Origin: Proteromonas lacertae
Taxonomy: Eukaryota
Direction: 5' to 3'
Assembly: GCA_002245135.1 (NCBI GenBank)
Contig: NGBS01000296.1
Location: 1 to 64,000, forward strand
Length of the DNA stretch: 64,000 bases
The notes beneath the pieces are model-generated. The model had not been told where the DNA came from, did no database searches, and was given only the letters and a program-made list of their open reading frames with translations. Below are positions 22,942 to 36,292 of the stretch, in pieces (position 1 is the first letter of the stretch; every line of letters starts with the position of its first letter). Made by a program: the position numbers and the translations under genes.

Positions 22942-25900
22942 ATGTACTTATTAGAAGACCTGATCAAAGATTGTTCAGGTAAGTTTATTAACAAGTCGAC
23001 AACGGGAGCAGTGCTTACAAAGACACTGATTGATAAAAAGACTTATCAAGATGTATTTAACTGTTTTACTTCGTGGATCAAAGAGAATCTTGATAAAGGT
23101 AATACAGTGTCTGTACCAAACTTTGGCTACTTTGGGATTAAAAAATACTCTTTAGGTATTTTAATTCCAACCTTCTACACTTCATCTAATTTGTCTGTAC
23201 GTTACAAGTTAAGTTGTAAAGATGAAGCAGTACCATTAAAAAATGATACTGCAACAGCAAAGTTTGATATTAGTATCATTGCAGAAAGAACTGGTTTTGA
23301 TCAATCTCTATGTAATACTGCATATATTACACTTATTGAACAGTTATGCGAAGCAATGGGATCTGGCAAAACAGTAAATGTTGATTTTGGTATAGGTAGT
23401 TTAGCTTGCACAGATCGTCAAGTGAGTTTTGAATTCTCACAACATTCGCCAGTATAATAATTATTGTATTATATTAAATTATTAGAGAGAAAGATCTAAA
23501 TTAGCAAATATTCCTCATTCACCAAGAACAATGAATGTAGCTCAACCACCACCAGCTTCTACTCCACAAGGAAGAAGAACTGTCAAAATTGCAGAACCTG
23601 TAGTAGAAGATGAGAATTATCAATATGATGAGGAATTCAATAATGGTGATGAATATGGATCAGAAGGAATGTTTCCACCAATTGAGCAATCACCAATCAA
23701 ATTGGATTTATCAAAATTACAAAATCAGTTAAATCCTCAATTAGATATGTCACCATTCAATCATCGTGATAATAATGATGAATTAAAATTATTGGCGAGA
23801 AAAGTTAGAGATCAATTAGATTATGCTCCATTATTAGATCAATTCGCTAGAACAAGAGCCGCTTTGATTCACAGTGATCGTAATGAATGTCCATTATCTG
23901 ACAGAATTGGTAGTTATTTCAGTCCAACTGCAGAAGACCTTAGAATCAACAAATTAACTGATTCTTTACAAAAAGCTAAAACTCACAGTGTAAAGAAAGA
24001 TAAAGATTTCCAAAGAGATATATCCTTAAGAGCACCATTACGAAACTTAGATTCAACCACATTAGCAGCTCCATTACCAGTAGGAAGTCCAAGAAAAACA
24101 AAATCCAACCGACCATTAACCAGAATGAATAACAAAATAATTACCTCCAAATCTCCAATCAGAGCAGGTACAGCAACTGTTAATACAGCCAGTGTAGAAG
24201 AGATTATTCCTGATCCATTACTACCACCATCAATGACACCAAGAACATCATACTTAGTAAACAATCCAAACATGCAGAGTATAAATGATAAATCTAAAGC
24301 AACAACAAGAGCTTTATTACCTCAATCAACATTAATGGATAGTATGATAAGATATAATAAATATATTGACCAAATTGATAATAGTCAAGTTGTTCCATTA
24401 GCTAAAGAATGGATAAGTAATATCTTATCATTATTACCACCACCACCTGCTATTAGTAAGAGAGATTTAGAAGATTTAATGAATGCAATGATTAAGGAGA
24501 TTAGATTTAAATATACAAGAAGTATGAAACAATCTATATTGAATTATGCATTATTAAATGATGATGAAAAAGATAGATTACAAATTTATGAATTACCGAA
24601 AGAATATCAAATACCTAGATTCGGATGGGGAAGTGGTCAAGTTATTTTAGCTCCCAATGAAGAGTGGCAAGAATCTGTATTTCAAGCCAGAGATTTGATC
24701 ATAAAGAATTTAAGAGTCAATTGTCCTCATACATTACATTTGTTGGATATATGGAAGGATTATAATGATAATATATTGACATTCTTACCACAAACTGATT
24801 TGGAAGCTCAAGAGATGGGATGGACTCCTTTATCCTCCAATGAATTTGAGAATCAATCAAGAATACATTTAAATGATGCTAGAAAAATGCTTGAAGATTG
24901 GTGGCAAACATGTTTGAATTTATTTCAACAATCCTCTGCAAATGGTGAGTTAGATATGCCAAGAAATATATTGATTCAATTCTTTGAATCTATTGCCACT
25001 TTAATGTCTAATCAAGTTAAAGATTTAACCTTCAGATCAGCTCATAACTTTGATGTATTCTTTGAAAGATATAAAAATCACTTTGTAACCTCAAAAAGAT
25101 GGATTATTCTCATTACCAGAGACTGTTAGAAGAAGACCAGCTTTATGTCATACTTTAATTATTGATAATGACGAAATCGTCTTCCAAATACCATTAACTG
25201 ATGTTGAAAATACAATTATCTCTACTTATGATTTATTAATTACAAGTACAAGTGATTTAAAACGTATTGAAGCTGGATTATCATTAGATTTACCAACCTC
25301 TGATTCATTACCATCTGTTAAGTTAGAAGATGAAGCTGTAGTGGCTGGTAGAATCAATATAAGAAATATCTTAGAAAATAACATCCAGGAAGTAGAAAAA
25401 GTCTTACAATTATATGAACCATTCAGTTTCTTATTAACAGATGCACCAGTAATTGAACAATTCTTAAGTGAGAAACATACAGTGGAAGATTATGATCAAT
25501 TGGTTCAAAAATACAAAGATGCTATAGAGAATATTAAAAAGACATTGCCAAAAGAGTTAATATTGGATTTATCATTAGTTATTTGTCAAACATTGAATGA
25601 CCAATTAATTGATAGAGCGAATCAATATATTAATGGAATATTGAAATGGATATCAAATGATGTAATTCAAAGAAATATGACATTATGTAAAAGATTCTTA
25701 GAAATATCAAATAAATTAGTATCAAAACCAACCAATTCAGATGAATTAGTTGAATTAGAGAAATTCAGAAATGATGTAGAAGATGTGGAATATAACGAAA
25801 AGTTAAATGATACATTAGATATGAAAGCCAGATTAGATTTCTTATTTAAAGAAGAATATGAAGTTTCTCAAGATGTATTGAAGACAGCAATAGCAACATA

Positions 25901-28900
25901 TAAATGGACTTATAAGATGCCCGACACTTTGAAAGAATCTGAAAATATCTTATCTAATGAAAGAGAAAGATTGGAGAATAAATTCACCAATAAGAGAGAT
26001 AAGTTTGTTGCTGATTTGAACAACTTAATGAAACAAGTAGAAGCTTTCAAGACTAAAGCTGAAAGAAAACATACTATACAATATGTAGATGAAATTACCT
26101 CCATTGAAAAAGCATTAGAAGTTGCTACTCAGACAGCTGAAGATTTAAATACTGAAGAAGAAACATTAGGTTGGCAAAAAGAGAATTTCCCAATGTTACC
26201 TGAAGTAAAGAAGTTATTAGAACCATACAGTAAATTATGGAATTATGCTAAACAATTCCAAGTCTCTTATTTAGAATGGGTGAGAGGTCCAATCTTGAAT
26301 TTAGATCCTGAAGTAGTAACTAAAGATGTAGATACAATGTGGAGAGGATTATACAAAGTGGCAAGACAAATTGAAGAAGCAGCACCAGAACCATCCAAAA
26401 TGGCATTAGGAATAAGAGAAGAATTAAATGAATTTAAATCAAAGTTACCTATTATCTCATGTATTTGTAATAAAGGTTTAAGAGATAGACATTGGGATGA
26501 AATGGCTCAATTATTAGGATTTAGTGTAAAACCTGACGAGAATACATCCTTAACAAGATTAATAGATATGGGTGTTGGTCAATATGTTGAACAATTAGAA
26601 ACCATTGGTGAAAGTGCCAGTAGAGAATATAGTATAGAAATGGCATTGAAGAAGATGAAATCTGAATGGGAACCTTTACAATTTGAGATTAAATTATATA
26701 AAGAAACAAAGACATTTATATTGGTTGGTTCTACAGTGGAAGATATTCAAACTATTTTAGATGACCATATGATTAAGACTCAAACAATGAGAGGTTCACC
26801 ATTTGCTAAACCATTTGCAAGAGATATTAAAGAATGGGAAAGTGAATTAACAACAGCTCAACAATTATTAGATATTTGGTTAAAAGTCCAATCAAATTGG
26901 TTATACTTAGAACCAATCTTTGGATCTGAAGATATTATGAAACAAATGCCGAATGAAGGTAAGAAATTCAAAACAGTCGATACTCATTGGAGAAATATAA
27001 TGGATAAAGTGAATCAAGATACTTCAGCATTAGAAGTTATAAAAATACCCAAAATTGTATCAAGATTAGAAGAATGTAATACTTTGTTAGAAGAAATTCA
27101 CAGTGGATTAAACGCTTATTTAGAAACCAAAAGATTATATTTCAGTCGTTTCTTCTTCTTATCAAATGATGGTTTATTAGAAATCTTATCTGAAACAAAA
27201 GATCCATTAAGAGTTCGACCTCATTTAAAGAAATGTTTTGAAGGTATTCACGATTTAGAATTCAAACAGAATTTAGATATTGTTACAATGATCAGTCAAG
27301 AAAAAGAAGAAGTTGCATTATGTGAAGTAATTAATCCATCCAGAGTCAATGGTGCAGTTGAAGTATGGTTATTACAATTAGAAGATGTAATGAGAAAGAC
27401 AGTAAGATCTGTAGTAGAGAAATCAATGGCTGATTATATGACAAAAGAAAGACATGTTTGGGCTTTACAATGGCCTGGACAAATTGTATTATTATTATCA
27501 ACATTGTATTGGGTACAAGCCATAGAAAAGGCAGTTACTGAGAAAGGACCAGATGGTATTGCTGAATATATGGTACAGATGGAGAAAGATTTAAATGCAG
27601 TAGTTGAGTTGGTGAGAGGTAATTTGAAGTTTTTAGAAAGACAAACATTATCTGCATTAGTGGTTATTGATGTACATGCAAGAGATGTGACTAGAGAATT
27701 AATACAGAAGAAATTGAGCGATATTAATGCATTTGATTGGTTATGTCAGTTGAGATATTATTGGGAAAATGAAAACATAGCCGTTAAGATGATCAATTCT
27801 AATTTAGAATATGGTTATGAATATATTGGTAATAGTTCCAGATTAGTTATTACTCCCTTAACTGATAGATGTTATAGAACACTTATGGGAGCATTGCATT
27901 TACAATATGGTGGAGCTCCAGAAGGACCAGCTGGAACAGGCAAGACTGAAACAGTGAAAGATCTAAGTAAAGCATTAGCAAGACAATGCGTTGTGTTTAA
28001 TTGTTCAGATGGTTTAGATTATTTAGCTATGGCTAAGTTCTTTAAAGGTTTAGCTTCTTCTGGTGCTTGGAGTTGTTTTGATGAATTTAATAGAATTGAA
28101 TTGGAAGTGTTGTCTGTGATTGCTCAACAGATTATTGCTATTCAACAAGCTATTGCAGCAGAGAAAACATCATTCTTCTTTGAAGGATCTCAGATTCAAT
28201 TGAAATGGACTGCTAATGTATTTATTACAATGAATCCTGGTTATGCAGGAAGATCTGAATTACCTGATAACTTGAAAGCGTTATTTAGAACAGTCGCAAT
28301 GATGGTACCTGATTATACAATGATTGCTGAGATTTCTCTATTCTCCTTTGGTTTTACTAACTCCTCCAGATTAGCTACAAAGATTACAGCAACCTATAAA
28401 CTATGTTCTGAACAATTATCCAGTCAACGTCATTATGATTATGGTATGAGAGCTGTGATTAGTGTGTTAAGAGCAGCAGGTAATTTGAAGAGACAATACA
28501 GTGACTTTGATGAAGATAAATTAGTATTAAGAGCTATTAATGATGTTAATCGAGCAAAGTTTTTAGCTCAAGATTTGTTATTGTTTGAAGGTATTACCAG
28601 TGATTTATTCCCAGGAGTTGTATTAGATCCTCCAGATTATGAGAAGTTTATGATTGCAGTGAATGAAAATATCGAAAAGAGAAAATTACAACCAGAACCT
28701 TACTTCATTGAAAAGATTAAACAATATTATGAGATGTTATTAGTTCGACATGGTTTGATGGTTGTAGGATCTCCATTTGCAGGTAAATCTGAAGTATGGA
28801 AAGTCTTATCACAATCATTAGGTGATTTATGTGAAAGAGGTCAAATGCCATGTAATGTTAACGAAGAACATGAAGAAGCAACTGATGTATATGTAATCAA

Positions 28901-31900
28901 TCCAAAATCAATCACAATGGGACAATTATATGGATGTTTTGATGAAATATCCCACGAATGGACTGATGGTGTTTTATGTAAGATATTTAGAAATTGTGCT
29001 AGTGATACAGGTTCAAATAGAAAGTGGATTATGTTTGATGGTCCAGTGGATGCTATTTGGATTGAAAATATGAATACTGTCTTGGATGATAATAAGAAAT
29101 TATGTTTAATGACTGGAGAAACAATTGCTATGACTCCTCAAATGAATATGATGTTTGAACCTGAGAATTTAGATGTTGCTTCACCTGCTACTGTTTCTCG
29201 TGTTGGTATTGTATTTATGCAACCTGAAAGATTGGGTTGGAATTGTTTAGTTAAATCATGGGTTGTTAATTTACCAGATTTATTAGTGAAAACTGAAGCA
29301 TTTTACAGTTGTTTAATGCAAATGTTTGAATGGTTAGCTCCACCAACATTAACTTATGTAAGAAGAAGAGCAAAGTTGTTAGTTCCATTATCTGAATCAA
29401 TGATGGTGAATAATTTGATGAAAATATTAGAATTTACCATCACACCAACCTTCCAAAATACTGAGCAAGTTACAATGGCGAATGAGAAGGAAGTAATTGC
29501 CTGGATTGAGTGTTATTTCTTATTCGCTTTAATATGGTCAATTGGTGGTGGTTTAGATGCAACATCAAGACAAGAATTCTCAGAATATCTAAAGAAATTA
29601 GTAGATGGAGAAATTGAAGAATATCCAAAGATGAGAAAGATCACAACATATTTCCCACAAAAAGGATCTCCTTATGATTATACATTCATCGCAACACAAA
29701 GTGGAAAATGGAAAAAGTGGACAGAAACAATAGCAGAAGAAGGAATTCCAAAAGGAGCACAATACAATGAAATTATTGTACAAACTGTAGATACTATTCG
29801 TTACACATATCATATGGATTTAGCTATAAAGAATTCTCGTCCATTATTATTAGTAGGACCAACAGGTACAGGTAAATCAGTTTATATTAATCATTACTTA
29901 ATGACATTAGATAAAGAAATCTATAAGTTTATGAATATTGGATTTTCAGCCCAAACCACTGCTTTAGATACTCAGAATTTCGTTGATATGAAATTAGATA
30001 GAAGAGGAAAAGGTCAATTTGGTCCTCCACCTAAAATGAAGGCAATTGTATTTGTAGATGATTTGAATATGCCTGAAGTAGAAACATATGGTGCACAACC
30101 TCCAATTGAATTATTAAGACAGTTTATGGATCAAGGTGGTTGGTATGATTTGAAGGAAATTACATTTAAGAAATTAATTGATGTAATTGTGATTAGTGCA
30201 ATGGGACCACCAGGTGGAGGTAGAAATTCAATCACTGCAAGAATCGTAAGACATTTCAATACAATTGGTATGACTGAGATGGATTCTGACACTATGGTTC
30301 GTATTTATACAAAGATATTAGAATGGTGGGTAAGTACAAATAATTTAGATTTAGGAAGATTAACTAGTGCAATAGTACAAGGCACATTAGATGTATATAA
30401 TGCTGCTTTATCTAATTTATTACCAACACCAGCTAAATCTCATTACACCTTCAACTTGAGAGATTTCAGTAGATTAATTCAAGGAGTAACAATGATTTAT
30501 CCATTGTCATTGACTGAAGAAACAATAAAGACAAGAATACCTCGATTATGGACTCATGAAGCTTTAAGATCATTCGGAGATCGTTTAGTGGATGATAATG
30601 ATAGAATGTGGTTCTTAAATCTATTAAGAGATTTAGTCAATAAACATTTCAAAATAAAATTCGATGAAGTATTTATACACTTAGATAACAATGATGATCA
30701 GAAAGTAGATACATTAGAAGAAATGAGAGGTTTATTATTTGGTGATTATTTAGTTCCAAATGCTGATCCTAAATTATATGTAGAAATTGAAGATGTTCCT
30801 GGTTTACAAGCTTTAATGAAGAGTTATTTAGAAGAATACAATGCAATGAGTACAAAACCAATGAATTTGGTTATGTTTGGTTATGCTATGGAACATGCTT
30901 CTAGAATTAGTCGTATTATAAAGATTCCAGGTGGAAATGCTTTGTTAGTTGGTGTAGGAGGTAGTGGAAGAAAGAGTATGACTTATTTAGCTGCATTTAT
31001 GGCAGAATATGAAGTATTTGAGATTGAAATTAGTAAACAATATGGTGTGACTGAATGGAGAGAAGATATGAAAGCATTGATGTCTAAAGCTGGTGCTGAA
31101 GGTAAAAAGACTGTGTTTTTATTCAGTGATAGTCAAATCTTAGATACTCGATTTGTTGAAGATATTAATAACTTATTAAATTCAGGTGAAATTCCAAATA
31201 TCTTCCCTGCTGATGAAAAAGCAACATTATTAGATAAAGTCAGACCATTAGCTAAAGCAGCTGGTAAAAACTTAGATACTCAAAATGAATTATACAGTTT
31301 CTTCCTAGAGAAAGTAAAAGCCAATTTACATATTTGTTTAGCTTTCAGTCCAATTGGTGATGATTTTAGAAATAGAATCCGTCAATTCCCATCGTTAGTA
31401 AACTGTTGTACAATTGATTGGTTCTCTGCTTGGCCAAAAGATGCCTTAGTGAATGTTGCACAGAAGTTCTTAGGTGATATTGAAATGCCCAATGAAGTAA
31501 GAGATAATTGTGTTCAATTATGTGAACAATTCCATTATACAGCTGTAGAAGCATCTGATCAATTCTTATCTGAATTAAGAAGACATTATTATGTAACTCC
31601 AACTAGTTATTTAGAGTTAATTCAATCATTTATGACATTATTAGCAAAGAAGAGAGAAGAAATATCATCTCAAAAGAAGAGATATGATACTGGTTTAGAT
31701 AAATTAACAACAACGGCAGCTTCAGTAGGTGATATGCAGAAAGAATTAGAAGCTTTACAGCCTGTACTAGAACAATCCACTAAAGATACTGAAGATATGT
31801 TGGAAGTAGTAAATAAAGAAACAATTGAAGCTGAGAAGATTAGAACAGTTGTTGCAGCTGAAGAACAAGTAGCCAATCAAAAAGCAGAAGCAACCAAAGC

Positions 31901-34900
31901 CATTAAAGATGAATGTGAAGCAGATTTAGCTGAAGCAATGCCTATGTTAGAAGAAGCAAATGCAGCATTGAAAGTGTTAAAACCAAGTGATATTGTAGAA
32001 ATTAAATCTATGTTAAAACCACCAGGTGGTGTTAAGTTGGTATTAAGTGCTGTTTGTATCTTATACAATGAAGCTCCTACCAGAATTCCTGATCCAAATG
32101 ATCCACTGAAAAAGATTTATGATTATTGGGAAACAGCCAAAAAGAAGTTTTTGAATAATTCAAACTTCTTAGCTGATTTACAAAAGTTTGATAAAGATGG
32201 TTTAACTCAACCAATTATTGATAAATTAAAACCTGTTTATGATAATCCAGATTTCCAACCTGAAAGTGTAAAGAAAGTCTCAATTGCTGCTTATAGTTTA
32301 TGTAAATGGTGTAGAGCTATGTATAATTATTACCATGTCTCTTTGGTTGTAAGACCTAAACAAGAACAATTAAGAATCAGTCAAGCCGAATATGATAAAG
32401 TGATGGAAGGTTTGAGAGAGAAACAAGCTGAATTAAAGAAAGTAGAAGATCGTTTAACTGATTTAGGTAATCAATTAGCCAATTGTGAAAAGAGAAAACA
32501 AGATTTAACAGATCAAGTGGAAGATTGTAAAGTGAAATTAATTCGTGCTGAGCAATTAATTAGTGGTTTAGGTGGTGAAAAACAAAGATGGATTGATTCA
32601 TCCAAGACATTAGGTGAAATATTCAATAACTTAACAGGTGATATGTTAATATCTGCTGGTTTAGTTGCTTATTTAGGTGCATTTACCTCTGATTTCAGAA
32701 CCAGAATTACCCATCAGTGGATAGAACAAGTTAAAGAATTGAAAGTACCTTGTTCTGAACATTATGATTTAACTACATCTTTAGGTGAACCTGTAAAGAT
32801 AAGAGATTGGAATATTGCTGGATTGCCAAGAGATTCTTACTCTACTGAGAATGGTATTATATTATTCAACTCAAGAAGATGGCCATTGATGATTGATCCA
32901 CAAGGACAAGCTAATAAATGGATTAGAAATACTGAAAAGGATAATTCATTGAAAGTAATCAAATTATCTGATCAAAATTACTTAAGAACTTTAGAAAATG
33001 CTTTACAATTTGGTAGTCCAGTGTTATTAGAGAATATCGCAGAAACATTAGATGCTTCATTAGAACCATTGTTATTGAAACAAGTATTTAAAAAGAATGG
33101 TGTATTACATATCAAATTAGGTGATGCTTTAGTTGAATATTCAAATGATTTCAGATTCTATATAACAACTAAACTTCGAAATCCTCATTATTTACCAGAA
33201 ATTTCAGTGAAAGTGACATTATTGAACTTTATGATTACACCAACAGGTTTAGAAGATCAAATGTTGGGCATAGTTGTAGCAAAAGAGAAACCTGAACTAG
33301 AACAAAGAAAGAATGAATTAATTGTTGAATCTGCAGAAAATAAAAGAAAATTAGATGAGATTGAAAGACAAATTTTACATGTATTAAGTAGTTCAGAAGG
33401 TAATATCTTAGATGATTCCAGTGCAATTGATATATTGACAAAATCAAAGAATTTGAGTAATGAAATTCATGAGAAACAAAAAGTAGCTGAAACAACTGAA
33501 AAAGAGATTGATGTAGCAAGATCTGGTTATATTCCTGTCGCATTAAGAGCATCAATATTATTCTTCTCTATTACTGATTTAGCCAATATTGAGCCTATGT
33601 ATCAATACAGTTTAATTTGGTATGTTAATATTTACATCAATGTAATTGCTCATTCAAAGCAAAGTAACAACTTACAAGAAAGAATCAAAATATTGAATTA
33701 TGATTTAACTTTATCTGTGTATAGAAATGTATGTCAATCATTATTTGAAAAAGATAAAATGTTATACTCCTTCTTAATGTGTATAAAGATCTTAGAAAGT
33801 GATGAAGAAAACAAAGAATTTACCAATGATGAATTAAGATTCCTATTAACAGGTGGTGTAGCAAGTGGTGATACTCCTTCCAATCCATTCTCTAAATGGT
33901 TAAGTGATAAAGCTTGGGGTGAAATCTATCGATTATCACAGACTTCAGAAGCATTAGAAGATTTAAGAACTGATATAAGACAAGACAGTGATTCTTGGAA
34001 AGAATATTATGATAATTCTGAGCCTCAAAATATGACATTACCTGGTAAATATCAAGAGAATACAACTGAATTCCAAAGATTATGTGTTTTAAGAGCATTC
34101 CGACCTGATAAAGTAGTTCCTGCAATTCAGACATTTATCGTGAATAAAATGGGTAAAGAATTCTTAGAACCTCCACCTTTCAATTTAGATGGTGCTTTTG
34201 CTGAAAGTAGTAACATGTCTCCAATCGTATTTATTTTATCACCAGGATCTGATCCAATGAATACAATCTTAAGATTTAGTCAACAGAATAACCGCGAATT
34301 AAAAGCATTATCTTTAGGTCAAGGACAAGGTCCAATAGCTGAAGGAATGTTAGAAGCTGCAGTGAAAGATGGTAGTTGGGTTGTATTACAAAATTGTCAT
34401 TTATATCCATCATGGATGCCAACATTAGAAGCAATTTGTGAATCTTGGAATCCTCAAATAGTAAATCAACATTTCAGATTGTGGTTAACAAGTTATCCAA
34501 GTGATAAATTCCCAGTGACAATCTTACAGAATGGTATAAAACTAACAAATGAACCTCCAAAAGGTTTAAGAGCGAATGTAATGGGTTCTTATTTGAAAGA
34601 TCCAATCAATAATCCTGAATTTTATGATGGATGTGAAAGATCGAAAGAATTCCATAAATTATTATTTGGTTTATGTTTCTTCCATGCGATAGTTCAAGAA
34701 CGAAGACAATTTGGTGCATTGGGTTGGAATATTCCTTACGAATTCAATGAGAGCGATTTAAGAATCAGTGTTCGACAATTGAAGATGTTTTTAGATGAAA
34801 GTGTAGGTAAAGAATTACCATTAGATGCTTTAATCTATTTAACAGGTGAATGTAACTATGGTGGAAGAGTAACAGATGATTTAGATCGTAGATGTTTAAA

Positions 34901-36011
34901 AGCAATCGTAACAACATATTATACCAAAGAAATCTTAAAACCTGAATATAAGTTCAGTGAATCTGGAATTTATTATGCTCCTGAAGCTGAAACGTATGAA
35001 GATGTATTAGAATATATAAAATCTTTACCAACAATCGTAAGTCCTGAAGTCTTTGGAATGAATGAAAATGCTGATATAACGAAAGATCAAAATGAGACTT
35101 ATAAATTATTCACTTCATTATTAACAACTCAACCTCGATCAGTAAGTTCAACAGGTAAATCTGCCGAAGAAATTGTAACAGAATTAGCTCAAGATTTATT
35201 AAAGAAATTACCAGCAAATTATGATACTGAAGATGTTCAGAAACAATATCCAATAATGTATAATGAATGTATGAACACTGTATTAGTTCAAGAATTAGGT
35301 CGATTTAATATATTATTATCGACAGTTCGAAATAGTTTAACAAATGTAATAAAAGCAATCAAAGGTCAAGTAGTAATGAGTGCAGAATTAGAACATGTAT
35401 TTGATTCAATGTATGATGGTCAAGTTCCAGAATTATGGCATAGTCGATCTTATCCTTCATTAAAACCATTAGCAAGTTATATAAAAGATTTATTAGATCG
35501 ATTAAACTTCTTCTTAACTTGGATAAAGAATGGTCCTCCAATAATCTTCTCCTTATCTGCTTTCTTCTTCACTCAATCATTTTTGACTGGAATTCGTCAA
35601 AATTATGCTCGAAAATATACAATTCCAATTGATACAATCGATTTTGATTTTGAAGTATTAAAGAAAGATGATGAAAGAGCAGTAACAAAACCTGATGATG
35701 GTGCATTTATAAATGGTTTATTTTTTGATGGTGCTCGATGGAATTATGATACAATGTTATTAGACGATTCTGAGCCAAAAATCTTAACATCTAAAGCTCC
35801 AAATATTTGGTTAAAACCATGTAAAATGAGTGAAATGCCAGTTTATAATCATTATGTTTGTCCAGTGTATAAAACATCTGAAAGACGAGGTGTATTATCG
35901 ACAACAGGTCATTCAACGAATTATGTACTACCAATGAAATTCCCAACAGATCGTGATCCAGTTCATTGGATAAAATGTGGTGTTGCTTTATTAACTCAAT
36001 TAGATGATTAG
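22942..36011 (+). CDS. Axonemal inner-arm (DNAH3/7/12-like) dynein heavy chain with N-terminal HU-CCDC81-like domains; apparent +1 frameshift near 25093-25098
   Basis: GPAGTGKTET, GPTGTGKS, GVGGSGRKS and C-terminal GVLSTTGHSTNY...HWIKCGVALL. Intron 23452-23485 joins the 171-aa ORF to the 532-aa ORF in frame. The frame of ORF 25341 is open back to about 25098. Confidence 0.9.
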
Positions 36012-36292
36012 AAACATTATTTCATTCATTATATTATCATTTGTTTTTGTTTGTTGTATTTATAAACATAATTGAGAAGAGAAAATAATCTGAATTTAAT
36101 TTTGTGACTATATCATTCTTGTAGAAAATTTTATTCATGTTATATGCTATTTTACTCAAATATATCTATATATATTAAAATAGCATTTAAACTATTGATT
36201 TAAAAAGAAAAACTGAAATGATTTGGCTTGATAGTTTGATTCAAATAACTTTACATACATCTTTGATAATTATATAATTTGTCTATATAGTT

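Noticed and set aside
36041..36060. TGTTTGTT after the dynein stop as a Blastocystis-style polyadenylation-created stop signal
   Set aside because: The gene has a genomic TAG, and I found no gene in the window lacking a genomic stop. One occurrence in T-rich DNA is weak evidence.
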